This document shows, piece after piece, positions 17,244 through 25,539 of a stretch of DNA of 64,000 bases (position 1 is its first letter; each line of letters begins with the position of its first letter). The translations under genes and the position numbers were made by a program. Under the pieces are notes generated by a model. That model saw only the letters and a list, made by a program, of their open reading frames with translations. It searched no databases and was not told where the DNA came from. Origin of the DNA: an uncultured Erysipelotrichaceae bacterium (lineage in GTDB: Bacteria > Bacillota_I > Bacilli_A > RFN20 > CAG-826); contig CADBXE010000004.1 of assembly GCA_902798595.1 (NCBI GenBank), positions 3,659 to 67,658 on the forward strand, read 5' to 3'.

Positions 17244-17849
17244 TTACTTTTTCGCTGGAGCACCAAAGAAGTATAAATAACCAAAGCAAATGACAATTGG
17301 AAGGATCATCCAATCAACAATATAATCAGCCCCTAGTGGCCAGAATCTATTAACTGTTCCTTCGTATATAGCGAACAATAAACCACCAATAAAAGCGAGA
17401 ACAATAACGCCAAGCATAACTAGAAAACTAACAAAGCGTAAGAATTTGGCTTTGAAAAGGAACTCTAAAATCACAAGAACAATAATCGTTGCTAAGCCAA
17501 GACCAGCAAGGAAAGCAAAAATTCCAGAAGCGATAGCTAGGCCATCTCTTGAATCCGTAAAATCCTCGGCATTAGACAACCAATTTTGAGCAGTGTTTAA
17601 TACCCAATAGCCAATCAAGAATAAGAAAACCATCTTAGCGGCTTCATTTTTTCCTAAAAGAACCAACAAAGGCGCACCAACAAGCAAAGCTGTACCAATA
17701 GCCATAATGACTAATCTTACAATAACTGAAACAAATTGTCCGTCAATCGATACGGCTTGTGTAATAGCAAACCATGTGGCATAGAAAAAACCACCAATTA
17801 CAAAAATCCATTTTGCAGGTTTGCTTAAAGAATTAAAAAACTTGTCCAT
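17244..17849 (-). CDS. Polytopic membrane protein (about 6 TM), unknown function
   Basis: 201 aa and strongly hydrophobic, with its own terminator. Embedded in the lipoprotein island. Confidence 0.6.
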   Translation of the reverse strand: MDKFFNSLSKPAKWIFVIGGFFYATWFAITQAVSIDGQFVSVIVRLVIMAIGTALLVGAPLLVLLGKNEAAKMVFLFLIGYWVLNTAQNWLSNAEDFTDSRDGLAIASGIFAFLAGLGLATIIVLVILEFLFKAKFLRFVSFLVMLGVIVLAFIGGLLFAIYEGTVNRFWPLGADYIVDWMILPIVICFGYLYFFGAPAKK

Positions 17850-17913
17850 AAGAAATCTCCCTAAAATTTGTTTTTATATCTTAATAATATACAGCATTTG
17901 CCTTTTAGTGACA

Positions 17914-17949
17914 CAAAAAAAGGAATCACCCGAAGATGATTCCGTTTTT
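17914..17949. terminator. Bidirectional-type intrinsic terminator downstream of lipoprotein gene D
   Basis: aaaaaaaGGAATCAcccgaagaTGATTCCgttttt, a perfect 7-bp stem. Confidence 0.75.
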
Positions 17950-17967
17950 GTTTAAGCTTTATTAATA

Positions 17968-19023
17968 TTAGGCTTCGGCTTCGTAGTTACGTGTGACGCC
18001 TAAGCAGCCCCAGAATTGAGCTTCTGTACCTTTGGTCTTATCAGCATAAACTCTGTATGTATCATCACCGATAACGAAGGTGTGATCAGCATCGCCCCAG
18101 AATGTAGCGTCCATTTGGAGGTTTGCGCCGGCTTTGCCAGTAACGCAGTCAAAGTGTGTTTGCCAACCTTCACCACTTTCAATGAAGCCAATGTAGCAGT
18201 AGAAGAAGACATCATTACCTTCAACTTTGTAGAAACGTTCTGCAGCTGCGTGATCATGGAGTGAGTAGTTACCACCAATAACGCGTTGGAAGTTACCATT
18301 AACTTTATTGTCAGCGACCCATTGATCAATGGCTTCAACTGTTAAGTTAGCGGAGTTAACACCACCAAACTTGAGGTATGGACCTGCATTTGTGACACCT
18401 GTTGGTAAGTCAGCAGCAGCGACGTTAACAACGGCAGCCTTTGTGAAGCTGATTGGTTGGACAGAGTCAAAGTGGAGAGAGTTCGCTTGGTCTGTTCTGA
18501 TGTAGTAGTGACGTGTTTGGTCTCTAGCATCAAGTGTTTCTGGAAGTTCGATGTTTTCATAAGCTTCTGGTGTACCACCATAGATTTGGTAGAATGTGCC
18601 AGGTTGTAAATCTGTTGCATCTGTTAAACAAAGCTTGACGGCAAATGTTTTTGCTGTTGCATCAAATGTTGCGGCTGCATAATCAGCGGCTTCTGGTGCT
18701 TCTTTACCGACGACCCATGTACCGGAATCGCCATTAACCTTGACACCCCAAGCCCATTTGAAGTCTTCTGTTTTGTAGTTAGCTTCTGTGCCAGAAACTG
18801 TGAGGTAGACTTTACCACCATCGTTGGCCATTGTCACACCGGTAATACTGATTGATTTAGCGGTTGATGGTGTTGATGGTTTTGGACTACTTTGTGTAGT
18901 TGGAGTGTTCTTGCTTCCAGTTGAAGCTGGTTTGCCTGTGCTGTCACTCTTACCGCCACCACATGCGGAAAGCATTAATGTGCCTAAGAGCAAAGCAACG
19001 CCAAGAATTTTTTTAGTTTTCAT
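17968..19023 (-). CDS. Surface lipoprotein D (two internally repeated modules of about 150 aa), unknown function
   Basis: Lipobox MLSAC. The start at 19023 (MKTKKIL) has an AAAGGA RBS; the ORF-track start at 19038 lacks one. Confidence 0.75.
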   Translation of the reverse strand: MKTKKILGVALLLGTLMLSACGGGKSDSTGKPASTGSKNTPTTQSSPKPSTPSTAKSISITGVTMANDGGKVYLTVSGTEANYKTEDFKWAWGVKVNGDSGTWVVGKEAPEAADYAAATFDATAKTFAVKLCLTDATDLQPGTFYQIYGGTPEAYENIELPETLDARDQTRHYYIRTDQANSLHFDSVQPISFTKAAVVNVAAADLPTGVTNAGPYLKFGGVNSANLTVEAIDQWVADNKVNGNFQRVIGGNYSLHDHAAAERFYKVEGNDVFFYCYIGFIESGEGWQTHFDCVTGKAGANLQMDATFWGDADHTFVIGDDTYRVYADKTKGTEAQFWGCLGVTRNYEAEA

Positions 19024-19095
19024 AGAAAATCCTTTCATAAGCGCAAAGAAAAAGCGCTCTAATTTGTTTCAAGAATATGTGTTCTTGCTACACGT

Positions 19096-19125
19096 ATTAT
19101 AAAGGGTAATTAATTTCAATTGCAA
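19096..19125 (-). promoter_or_regulatory. Sigma-A-type promoter of lipoprotein gene D
   Basis: On the minus strand: TTGCAA (19125-19120), an 18-nt spacer, then TATAAT (19101-19096). Confidence 0.55.
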
Positions 19126-19149
19126 GAGGCATACTTATAAAATTTAATT

Positions 19150-19159
19150 TACACGTGTA
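19150..19159. promoter_or_regulatory. Perfect 10-bp palindrome TACACGTGTA upstream of the D promoter
   Basis: Seen directly. Related ACGTGT elements occur at 19088-19097, 20064-20078 and 6510-6526. Confidence 0.35.
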
Positions 19160-19161
19160 TC

Positions 19162-19190
19162 AAAAAAGCCCAAGCGTCACGCTCAGGCTT
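19162..19190 (-). terminator. Intrinsic terminator of lipoprotein gene E
   Basis: On the minus strand: GCCTGAGCG-tgac-GCTTGGGC (two G-U pairs) followed by TTTTTTG. Confidence 0.65.
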
Positions 19191-19215
19191 TAATATTCAA
19201 CTTTTGCTTAGTTAA

Positions 19216-20031
19216 TTAAGCTTGTTCACCACCAGCGGCTTCTTGTGGAGCGGCTGTTGGATCAACTGGTAATTTAGAAACATCTTGATATGGTTTTGTT
19301 GCGTCAGCAGCACCCTTGTAGATGAATCTAACATAGTCAAACGCTAAGGAGTAACCGATATCACCGTGTTTTAAGCTAATTTCTGTAGCACCTTCTTTGA
19401 GGTTTAAGCCAGTAATAACTTGACAAGCAACGAATTCAGAACCGGATAAACCACAATCACCCCAAGAATTAGCGTTGTCTGTGTAGACGTTCACTGGATC
19501 AGTACCGGCAGCGCCGTAAACGACGATGAAGTAACGATATGGATCTTCTTTTGTTGTGTCTGGGTTACTTGTGGCAGTTTCATTGCCTTTCCAAGCCATA
19601 TTGTACCAATATCTGTTGGAGTGTGAATCATAGGACATTCTAGCGCTGAATTCAACGTCATATTGACCAGCTGGTAGACCATTGATAGCCCATTTGGATT
19701 CGTTTAATGGAGCGTCCGCTTTCTTTTTGTTCATTTTTGTAGCATCATCGTTCCAACCTGTAGCATCTGCGATTTTAGCTTTGTAAGCGACACCGTTATC
19801 AGAAGCGCGGGTTTGTTTTGTCCATAAACCAGTCTTAGCGCCATCGACCCATTCAGTAGCGGCTGGGGTAGATGAAGAAGAAGATTTGGATTGGGAAGTG
19901 GAAGATGGTCTTTGTGATGTTGTGGATGGTTGTTTTGAAGATGGTTTTGCTTCACTGTTGTTACCACCACCGCATGCGACTAATGTCATTGCAGCGAAAA
20001 CTGTTAACACAGAAAATAATTTCTTTTTCAT
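19216..20031 (-). CDS. Surface lipoprotein E (beta-sandwich module related to the C-terminus of B)
   Basis: Lipobox TLVAC (Cys20) and a Ser/Thr/Pro linker. The module ends ...YSLAFDYVRFIY, compared with ...YRLLFTENVRLFY in B. Confidence 0.75.
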   Translation of the reverse strand: MKKKLFSVLTVFAAMTLVACGGGNNSEAKPSSKQPSTTSQRPSSTSQSKSSSSSTPAATEWVDGAKTGLWTKQTRASDNGVAYKAKIADATGWNDDATKMNKKKADAPLNESKWAINGLPAGQYDVEFSARMSYDSHSNRYWYNMAWKGNETATSNPDTTKEDPYRYFIVVYGAAGTDPVNVYTDNANSWGDCGLSGSEFVACQVITGLNLKEGATEISLKHGDIGYSLAFDYVRFIYKGAADATKPYQDVSKLPVDPTAAPQEAAGGEQA

Positions 20032-20100
20032 TATAAAATTTCCTCCAAGAAATGTTTTTATCTAACACAGTACGTGTTTAGAAATCTTTATTATTATAAC

Positions 20101-20877
20101 TTATAAAAGAAAATTTTCAATTCTATTGCAAATGACGTATCCTTCACGATTATGCACATCAACGCGATTGTACATCATGCGTTCTTTTTTTGGAGTGAGG
20201 TAAATGCCACCAGCTTGTTCCACAATGACTTGGCTAGCAGCGGTATCCCATTCTTTTGTGCCGTCGCTTAAACGATATGATAATTCGCCTAAACCTTGGG
20301 CAATACGGCATGGTTTTAAGGCTGAACCCCATTTCTCAACTTTGGCAATTTTATCTTTATGTTTTTCATACATTGCTTGTTCTTCTGGCTTTGAATGGAA
20401 AACACTTTCATAAACTATTAAATCAGTCAATTTATCGTTGACGTGTATGCGTTTGGTCACGCCATCCTTACGGTAAAATGCGCCTAAACCCTTAGCTGCG
20501 TAATAGATTTCACCTGTGAGTGGGACAACCACGACACCCACGACCGCTTCGTGCTTGTAGGCAAGCGCGATATTTGTGGTAAAGCCGCCATCTTTAGCGA
20601 CGAAATCTTTTGTGCCATCGACAGGATCAACAATCCAAACGAAATCATTTTCTAATCTGGATAAATCATCAGTGCTTTCTTCAGTAAGGAAAGCATATGT
20701 TGGGAATTTCTTATGGAGATATTCTCTAATCACCTTATCAGCGTTTTTATCCGCAAGTGTAACAGGTGAGTTATCATCTTTAATTTCAACAGAAAAATCA
20801 CTGTTGTAGATCTTTAAAATACCTTCAATTGCTTTAACGCCCGCTTCAATAGCAGCATTTAATTGTTCTTCCCACAT
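20101..20877 (-). CDS. Inositol monophosphatase / CysQ-family phosphatase
   Basis: Motifs TEES, WIVDPVDGT and WDTAA. The true start is the ATG at 20877 (MWEEQL), immediately after the nrnA stop; the longer ORF overlaps nrnA. Confidence 0.8.
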   Translation of the reverse strand: MWEEQLNAAIEAGVKAIEGILKIYNSDFSVEIKDDNSPVTLADKNADKVIREYLHKKFPTYAFLTEESTDDLSRLENDFVWIVDPVDGTKDFVAKDGGFTTNIALAYKHEAVVGVVVVPLTGEIYYAAKGLGAFYRKDGVTKRIHVNDKLTDLIVYESVFHSKPEEQAMYEKHKDKIAKVEKWGSALKPCRIAQGLGELSYRLSDGTKEWDTAASQVIVEQAGGIYLTPKKERMMYNRVDVHNREGYVICNRIENFLL

Positions 20878-20878
20878 A

Positions 20879-21829
20879 TTATTCGTTTCCTTTCTTAATG
20901 GCCTCAGCGCACATATTAAGTAATTCTTCAATTTTTTCAGGTTTGAATTCTTTAATGGTGAAACCAGCGGCAAATTCGTGACCACCACCACCAAAATGGG
21001 TAGCGATGCGTTGCACGTTATGAATGCTACTACGCATTTCACACTGCATACCGCCTACATCAGTTTCTGAAAGGATTAACCAAATCGGATAACCGCTTAC
21101 ATAACTAAGTAATGATGTATTACCAACAATTTGTTGTGATGTCACACCTAAAGCTTCTCTTTCTTTCTTTGTTGCTACTGCGTAGACAATGCCACGTTTA
21201 TCTTTGATAATGCGGCTATAGATGAAAGCTTTGATATCTAAAGTATGTTCAGGAACAAGGTTGTTGGTTTTATTAAGTAGGATTGGATCAACACCTAATG
21301 CACAAAGGTTTTTTGCAATTTCGAACATTCTAACGAAGTTAGTGGCAAACTGGAATCTGGCTGTATCAGTCATCATTCCTAAGTAGAGTGCACTAGCGGA
21401 GACTAAATCAATCTCAAGATTGTTTTCTTGTGCAAACAAGTAAATCAATTCACAAGTTGAGGTCGCTTTGTCATCAATGACTTCTGGGCCTTCATGGAAT
21501 GTGAATGTATCAATATGGTGGTCAATTTTCGCAAAATCTTTCGCAGTTGCCGCTCGTTTATCTTCCAATCTATTGAGGTCATTGCTATCAAGAACAATGG
21601 CTAAAGATTGAGTAATAAATTCATCGGAAACCTCGTCCATTTTGCCGATAATATCAAAAAACTTTTTTAACCCACTACCGACAGCATAAATCTTTTTATG
21701 TGGGTACTTAAGTCTAAGGATGTTTCTTAGAGCAATTTGACTGCCGTAACAATCACCGTCTGGGTTTAAGTGACCAAAAATGACTATTGAATCATATTGC
21801 TCAATCTTAGAGACGATAGATTCAAACAT
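20879..21829 (-). CDS. nrnA: DHH/DHHA1 phosphoesterase (oligoribonuclease / pAp phosphatase NrnA)
   Basis: Motifs HLNPDGDCYGS, IDHH and GGGHEFAAG. Confidence 0.85.
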   Translation of the reverse strand: MFESIVSKIEQYDSIVIFGHLNPDGDCYGSQIALRNILRLKYPHKKIYAVGSGLKKFFDIIGKMDEVSDEFITQSLAIVLDSNDLNRLEDKRAATAKDFAKIDHHIDTFTFHEGPEVIDDKATSTCELIYLFAQENNLEIDLVSASALYLGMMTDTARFQFATNFVRMFEIAKNLCALGVDPILLNKTNNLVPEHTLDIKAFIYSRIIKDKRGIVYAVATKKEREALGVTSQQIVGNTSLLSYVSGYPIWLILSETDVGGMQCEMRSSIHNVQRIATHFGGGGHEFAAGFTIKEFKPEKIEELLNMCAEAIKKGNE

Positions 21830-22245
21830 TAAAACTCGTTATCCTCTTTTTCTTCTTCCTCTGATTCTTCTTCATCAGAGTTGAAGTCTTCATCCTTTTG
21901 TTCTTCGTTTTCTTCTTCGAAAGCCTTGTTGTATTCCGCTTCTTCCTCTTCTTCTTCGCTGTCATCATCGAAGGTTTCAACATCGGAATAAACTTCACTC
22001 ATGTCGATGTGGACTTTTTCGAATTTGTGACGGATTCTGAGGTCCCATTCATTTTCACCTAATGTGACGAAACGACCATCGAGCATTAAGTTGGTGTAGA
22101 AACGGGAGACTTTAGCAGCGGCTTCTTCTTCACTTAAGCCAGCTTCTTTAACGCAGTAAGCCCAAATGTCTTGGAACTTGCTTTGTTGTTTTTGTTCGCT
22201 AACGTAATCGAAAGCGAGGTCTAATAATGATTTTGACATATTCAT
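21829..22245 (-). CDS. rpoE: RNA polymerase delta subunit
   Basis: HARE-HTH N-terminal domain (FYTNLMLDGRFVTLGENEWDLR) plus a poly-Asp/Glu tail. Confidence 0.85.
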   Translation of the reverse strand: MNMSKSLLDLAFDYVSEQKQQSKFQDIWAYCVKEAGLSEEEAAAKVSRFYTNLMLDGRFVTLGENEWDLRIRHKFEKVHIDMSEVYSDVETFDDDSEEEEEEAEYNKAFEEENEEQKDEDFNSDEEESEEEEKEDNEF

Positions 22246-22251
22246 GTCCTC

Positions 22252-23871
22252 CTACATATGTATTGGAGCGCTGACGCCAACAAGGGCGAGCGCATTTTTT
22301 AACACTATTTTACTTGCTTTTACTAAAGCAAGACGTGAACCACTGAGTTCTAAATTGTTTTGATCAATAACACGGCATTCGTTATAGAAAGCGTGAACCA
22401 GTTCCGCTAAAGCGTGCACATAATTAGTGATCTTGTATGGGGCCTTATCTTTAGCAGCATCATTAACCACGTTAGGGAAATCAGCGAGGTGCTTTAATAA
22501 AGCCATTTCGGATGGTTGATTTAATAACTTACCACTTTCATCTAGACGAATGTCCTTACCTTGTTCAAGGATTGAACATAGTCTAGCGTGAGCGTATTGC
22601 GCATAATAGACTGGGTTATTTGAACTTTGTTCAATTGCTAAGTCCATATCAAAGTCTAAATGAGAAGATGGAGCACGCATAGCGAAGAAATAACGCATGG
22701 CATCAACACCGACTTCTTCACAGACGTCTCTTAATGTAATCGCGTCGCCCCTTCTCTTGCTAGCTTTGTATTCTTGGCCATTCTTCAAGAATCTCACCAT
22801 TTGAATCAATTCAACGTGGAGAGTATCTTCTGGATAACCATGCATCATTAAAGCAGACTTCATTCTGTTGATATAACCATGGTGATCAGCGCCTAAGACA
22901 TCGATAATGCTATCGAAACCACGTGACATCTTGTTCACGTGATAGCAGATATCAGGCATAAAGTATGTGTAATCACCATTGCCTTTTCTAATGACACGGT
23001 CTTTATCGTCAATGAACGCTGATGTCTTGAGATATAAGGCATCATCTTGTTCATAGACGTAATCTTTAAGGAATTCTAATTCTTTCTCGATAGCGTTGTT
23101 GGCTCTAATTGCTTTTTCAGAAGAGAAGACATCATGTTTCACTCTGAAAAGGGCTAAGTCATCGATGATTCTATCGAGCTCAATTTTCATGCCTTTTTCT
23201 TTAAAGTAAGCGACAGGGTCACTCATTTTCAAAGCTTCATCACCAATTTCATCTTTGATAGATTGAGCAATATCGGTGATGTCTTGGCCAGCATAGCCGT
23301 CGGCTGGAATCTCAGCTTCAATACCGAATAAGTTTTGATATCTAGCTTGGATGGATAAGGCAAGATTTGTGATTTGATTACCAGCATCATTGATGTAGTA
23401 TTCTTTGGTCACATCATAACCAGCGAAATCTAAGATACGGGAGATACTATCACCAATCGCTGCACCTCTAGCGGTACCAACATGTAATAAACCTGTTGGG
23501 TTAGCGCTGACGAATTCAACGTTGATTTTTAAATTCTTTCTTGGTGAACGACCGTAATTATCTTCTTCGTTAATGATTTTACTAACGAAGGCTTGTAATG
23601 AATCGTGTTTCATGAAGAAGTTAATAAAACCAGGGCCAGCGATTTCGACTTTGTCGATGCCTTCCATATCAACTTTTTCAATAATCATATTAGCGACATC
23701 TCTTGGAGCTTTAGCGAATAATCTGGAGAACTTCATCGCAACATTAGTTGCGTAGTCACCATGAGCTTCGTCTTTACTCTTCTCAATAATGATGTCATTT
23801 AAGTTAACTTCTTGACCAAGGGCTAAAAGGGCAGCTTGTAATTTAAGTTTGAGATTTTCAATAATGTCCAT
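22252..23871 (-). CDS. argS: Arginyl-tRNA synthetase
   Basis: SANPTGLLHVGTARG (HIGH-like) motif, DALR anticodon-binding C-terminus, 539 aa. Confidence 0.93.
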   Translation of the reverse strand: MDIIENLKLKLQAALLALGQEVNLNDIIIEKSKDEAHGDYATNVAMKFSRLFAKAPRDVANMIIEKVDMEGIDKVEIAGPGFINFFMKHDSLQAFVSKIINEEDNYGRSPRKNLKINVEFVSANPTGLLHVGTARGAAIGDSISRILDFAGYDVTKEYYINDAGNQITNLALSIQARYQNLFGIEAEIPADGYAGQDITDIAQSIKDEIGDEALKMSDPVAYFKEKGMKIELDRIIDDLALFRVKHDVFSSEKAIRANNAIEKELEFLKDYVYEQDDALYLKTSAFIDDKDRVIRKGNGDYTYFMPDICYHVNKMSRGFDSIIDVLGADHHGYINRMKSALMMHGYPEDTLHVELIQMVRFLKNGQEYKASKRRGDAITLRDVCEEVGVDAMRYFFAMRAPSSHLDFDMDLAIEQSSNNPVYYAQYAHARLCSILEQGKDIRLDESGKLLNQPSEMALLKHLADFPNVVNDAAKDKAPYKITNYVHALAELVHAFYNECRVIDQNNLELSGSRLALVKASKIVLKNALALVGVSAPIHM

Positions 23872-23872
23872 T

Positions 23873-24349
23873 TTATTCCCCTTTCTTTTTCAGCATGACA
23901 ATAGCGTCTGCTTTGACGGCAAGACCTTTGCCGATTTCATCAATTCCTTCGTTTGTTCCCGCTTTAATGGAAACGTTGTCTAAGGAAGTATTTAATAATA
24001 ACGCAAGATTTTGGCGCATTTCCATAATAAATGGAGCAAGCTTTGGTTTTTCCAATGTGATGGAGATATCAATATTGTTGATTTCATAGCCTTCATCAAG
24101 CATCATCCCCACGACTCTTCTAACGATAATCGCGGAATCGATATCTTTATATTCAGGTGTCCCTGGGAAATGTTTTCCTAGGTCACCAAGGGCAAGCGCT
24201 CCTAAAATAGCTTCACTAGCAGCATGGAAAACCACATCACCATCGCTATGCGCTAACTCGCCTAACTCATACGGCACGTGTACGCCAGAAAGCATTAATC
24301 TTCGACCAGCGACTAGTCTATGTATATCGCTTGAAAAACCAACTCTCAT
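23873..24349 (-). CDS. ispF: 2-C-methyl-D-erythritol 2,4-cyclodiphosphate synthase
   Basis: G.SSDIHRL...HSDGDVV.HA...ALGDLGKHFP pattern. Confidence 0.92.
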   Translation of the reverse strand: MRVGFSSDIHRLVAGRRLMLSGVHVPYELGELAHSDGDVVFHAASEAILGALALGDLGKHFPGTPEYKDIDSAIIVRRVVGMMLDEGYEINNIDISITLEKPKLAPFIMEMRQNLALLLNTSLDNVSIKAGTNEGIDEIGKGLAVKADAIVMLKKKGE

Positions 24350-25461
24350 TATTTCTTCACATTAAAACGGAAGAACATGATATCACCATCTTTTGGATAA
24401 TACCCTTTACCTTCTGTTCTAATCTTTCCCGCTTCTTTGACAGCGTGTTCGCTTCCAAGTTCTTTGATGGCATCATATGGATATACTTCCGCACAAATGA
24501 AACCTTTTTGGAAATCAGTATGAATCACACCAGCACATTCAGGCGCTGACATGTTGTTTTTAAATGTCCAAGCACGGCATTCATCCGCACCGACTGTAAA
24601 GAATGTTGATAAGTTTAATAACTTATATGTGGCTTTGATAACTTTTTCTAAGCCAGATTCGGAAACGTTTAGTTCTGCCAAATACTCTTTTCTTTCCTCT
24701 TCACTGAGTTCAGAAAGGTCGCTTTCAATTTGTGCTGAAACAGGAATGACTTGATTGCCTTCCTTAGTAGCGTAATCTAAAACGTCTTGATAGAACTTGC
24801 AGTTATCTAAATCTAAAAGATCATTTTCACCAACATTAGCAACATAGATAATTGGCTTATCTGTGAGTAAATGATAGTTCACTTTGCAATATGCAATTTG
24901 ATCTTCAGTTAATTTTGCTTTTCTAGCTGGTTGTCCTTGTTCAAGAACTTCCTTTAAAGGCTTTAACAAAGCCATTTCATAAATCGCTTCTTTGTCTTTA
25001 GCGATTCTTGCTTTCGCTTCACTCTTTTCGATACGTTTATCAACAGTATCCAAATCCGCCATAACGAGTTCTAAATTGATGATTTCAATATCTCTGATTG
25101 GATCGACAGACTCTTCAACGTGAACGATATCGGCGTTTTCAAAGCAACGCACAACTTCCACAATAGCGTCGCATTCGCGAATGTTGGCTAAGAATTTATT
25201 TCCTAAGCCTTCGCCATTGGAAGCACCTTTGACTAAACCAGCAATATCAGTAAACTCAACTGTTGCTGGAATCTTTCTTTCAGGTTTAAAAATATCGGTT
25301 AAAAAATCTAATCTTTCATCAGGAACGTTAACGACACCGGTATTTGGATTAATTGTTGCAAATGGATAGTTGGCAGCTTCGACGTGAGAATTAGTAATCG
25401 CGTTAAAAAGCGTAGACTTTCCCACATTTGGTAGACCAACAATGCCTGCTTTCAATCCCAT
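24349..25461 (-). CDS. ychF: Ribosome-binding ATPase YchF
   Basis: [16 protein letters not shown] motif, TGS domain, 370 aa. Confidence 0.93.
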   Translation of the reverse strand: MGLKAGIVGLPNVGKSTLFNAITNSHVEAANYPFATINPNTGVVNVPDERLDFLTDIFKPERKIPATVEFTDIAGLVKGASNGEGLGNKFLANIRECDAIVEVVRCFENADIVHVEESVDPIRDIEIINLELVMADLDTVDKRIEKSEAKARIAKDKEAIYEMALLKPLKEVLEQGQPARKAKLTEDQIAYCKVNYHLLTDKPIIYVANVGENDLLDLDNCKFYQDVLDYATKEGNQVIPVSAQIESDLSELSEEERKEYLAELNVSESGLEKVIKATYKLLNLSTFFTVGADECRAWTFKNNMSAPECAGVIHTDFQKGFICAEVYPYDAIKELGSEHAVKEAGKIRTEGKGYYPKDGDIMFFRFNVKK

Positions 25462-25539
25462 AATAGTGTTTTCCTCTTCTAATGCGCTACCTATTATAAG
25501 GGAAAATAATCCATTTCACAAAACAAAATAAAATTTGTT

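Noticed and set aside
18000-19102. A chain of alternative-frame ORFs over lipoprotein gene D: 18000-18338, 18342-18620 and 18624-18821 (minus); 18016-18264 and 18824-19102 (plus). Similar ones lie over genes A, B and E (12141-12423, 13208-13408, 14498-14737, 15010-15270, 19491-19970).
   Set aside because: The compositional bias of these genes depletes stop codons in other frames. The real frame is fixed by the lipobox signal peptides and domain motifs.
20878-21042. N-terminal 55-aa extension of the IMPase-family ORF.
   Set aside because: It overlaps the 3' end of nrnA and has no homology-like features. The ATG at 20877, immediately after the nrnA stop, gives a normal family N-terminus. The same logic applies to the extended starts of smpB (4610), cmk (46934), sufS (54121), cinA (39707), hup (44832), hit (59694) and the second PrsA-like gene (57736).
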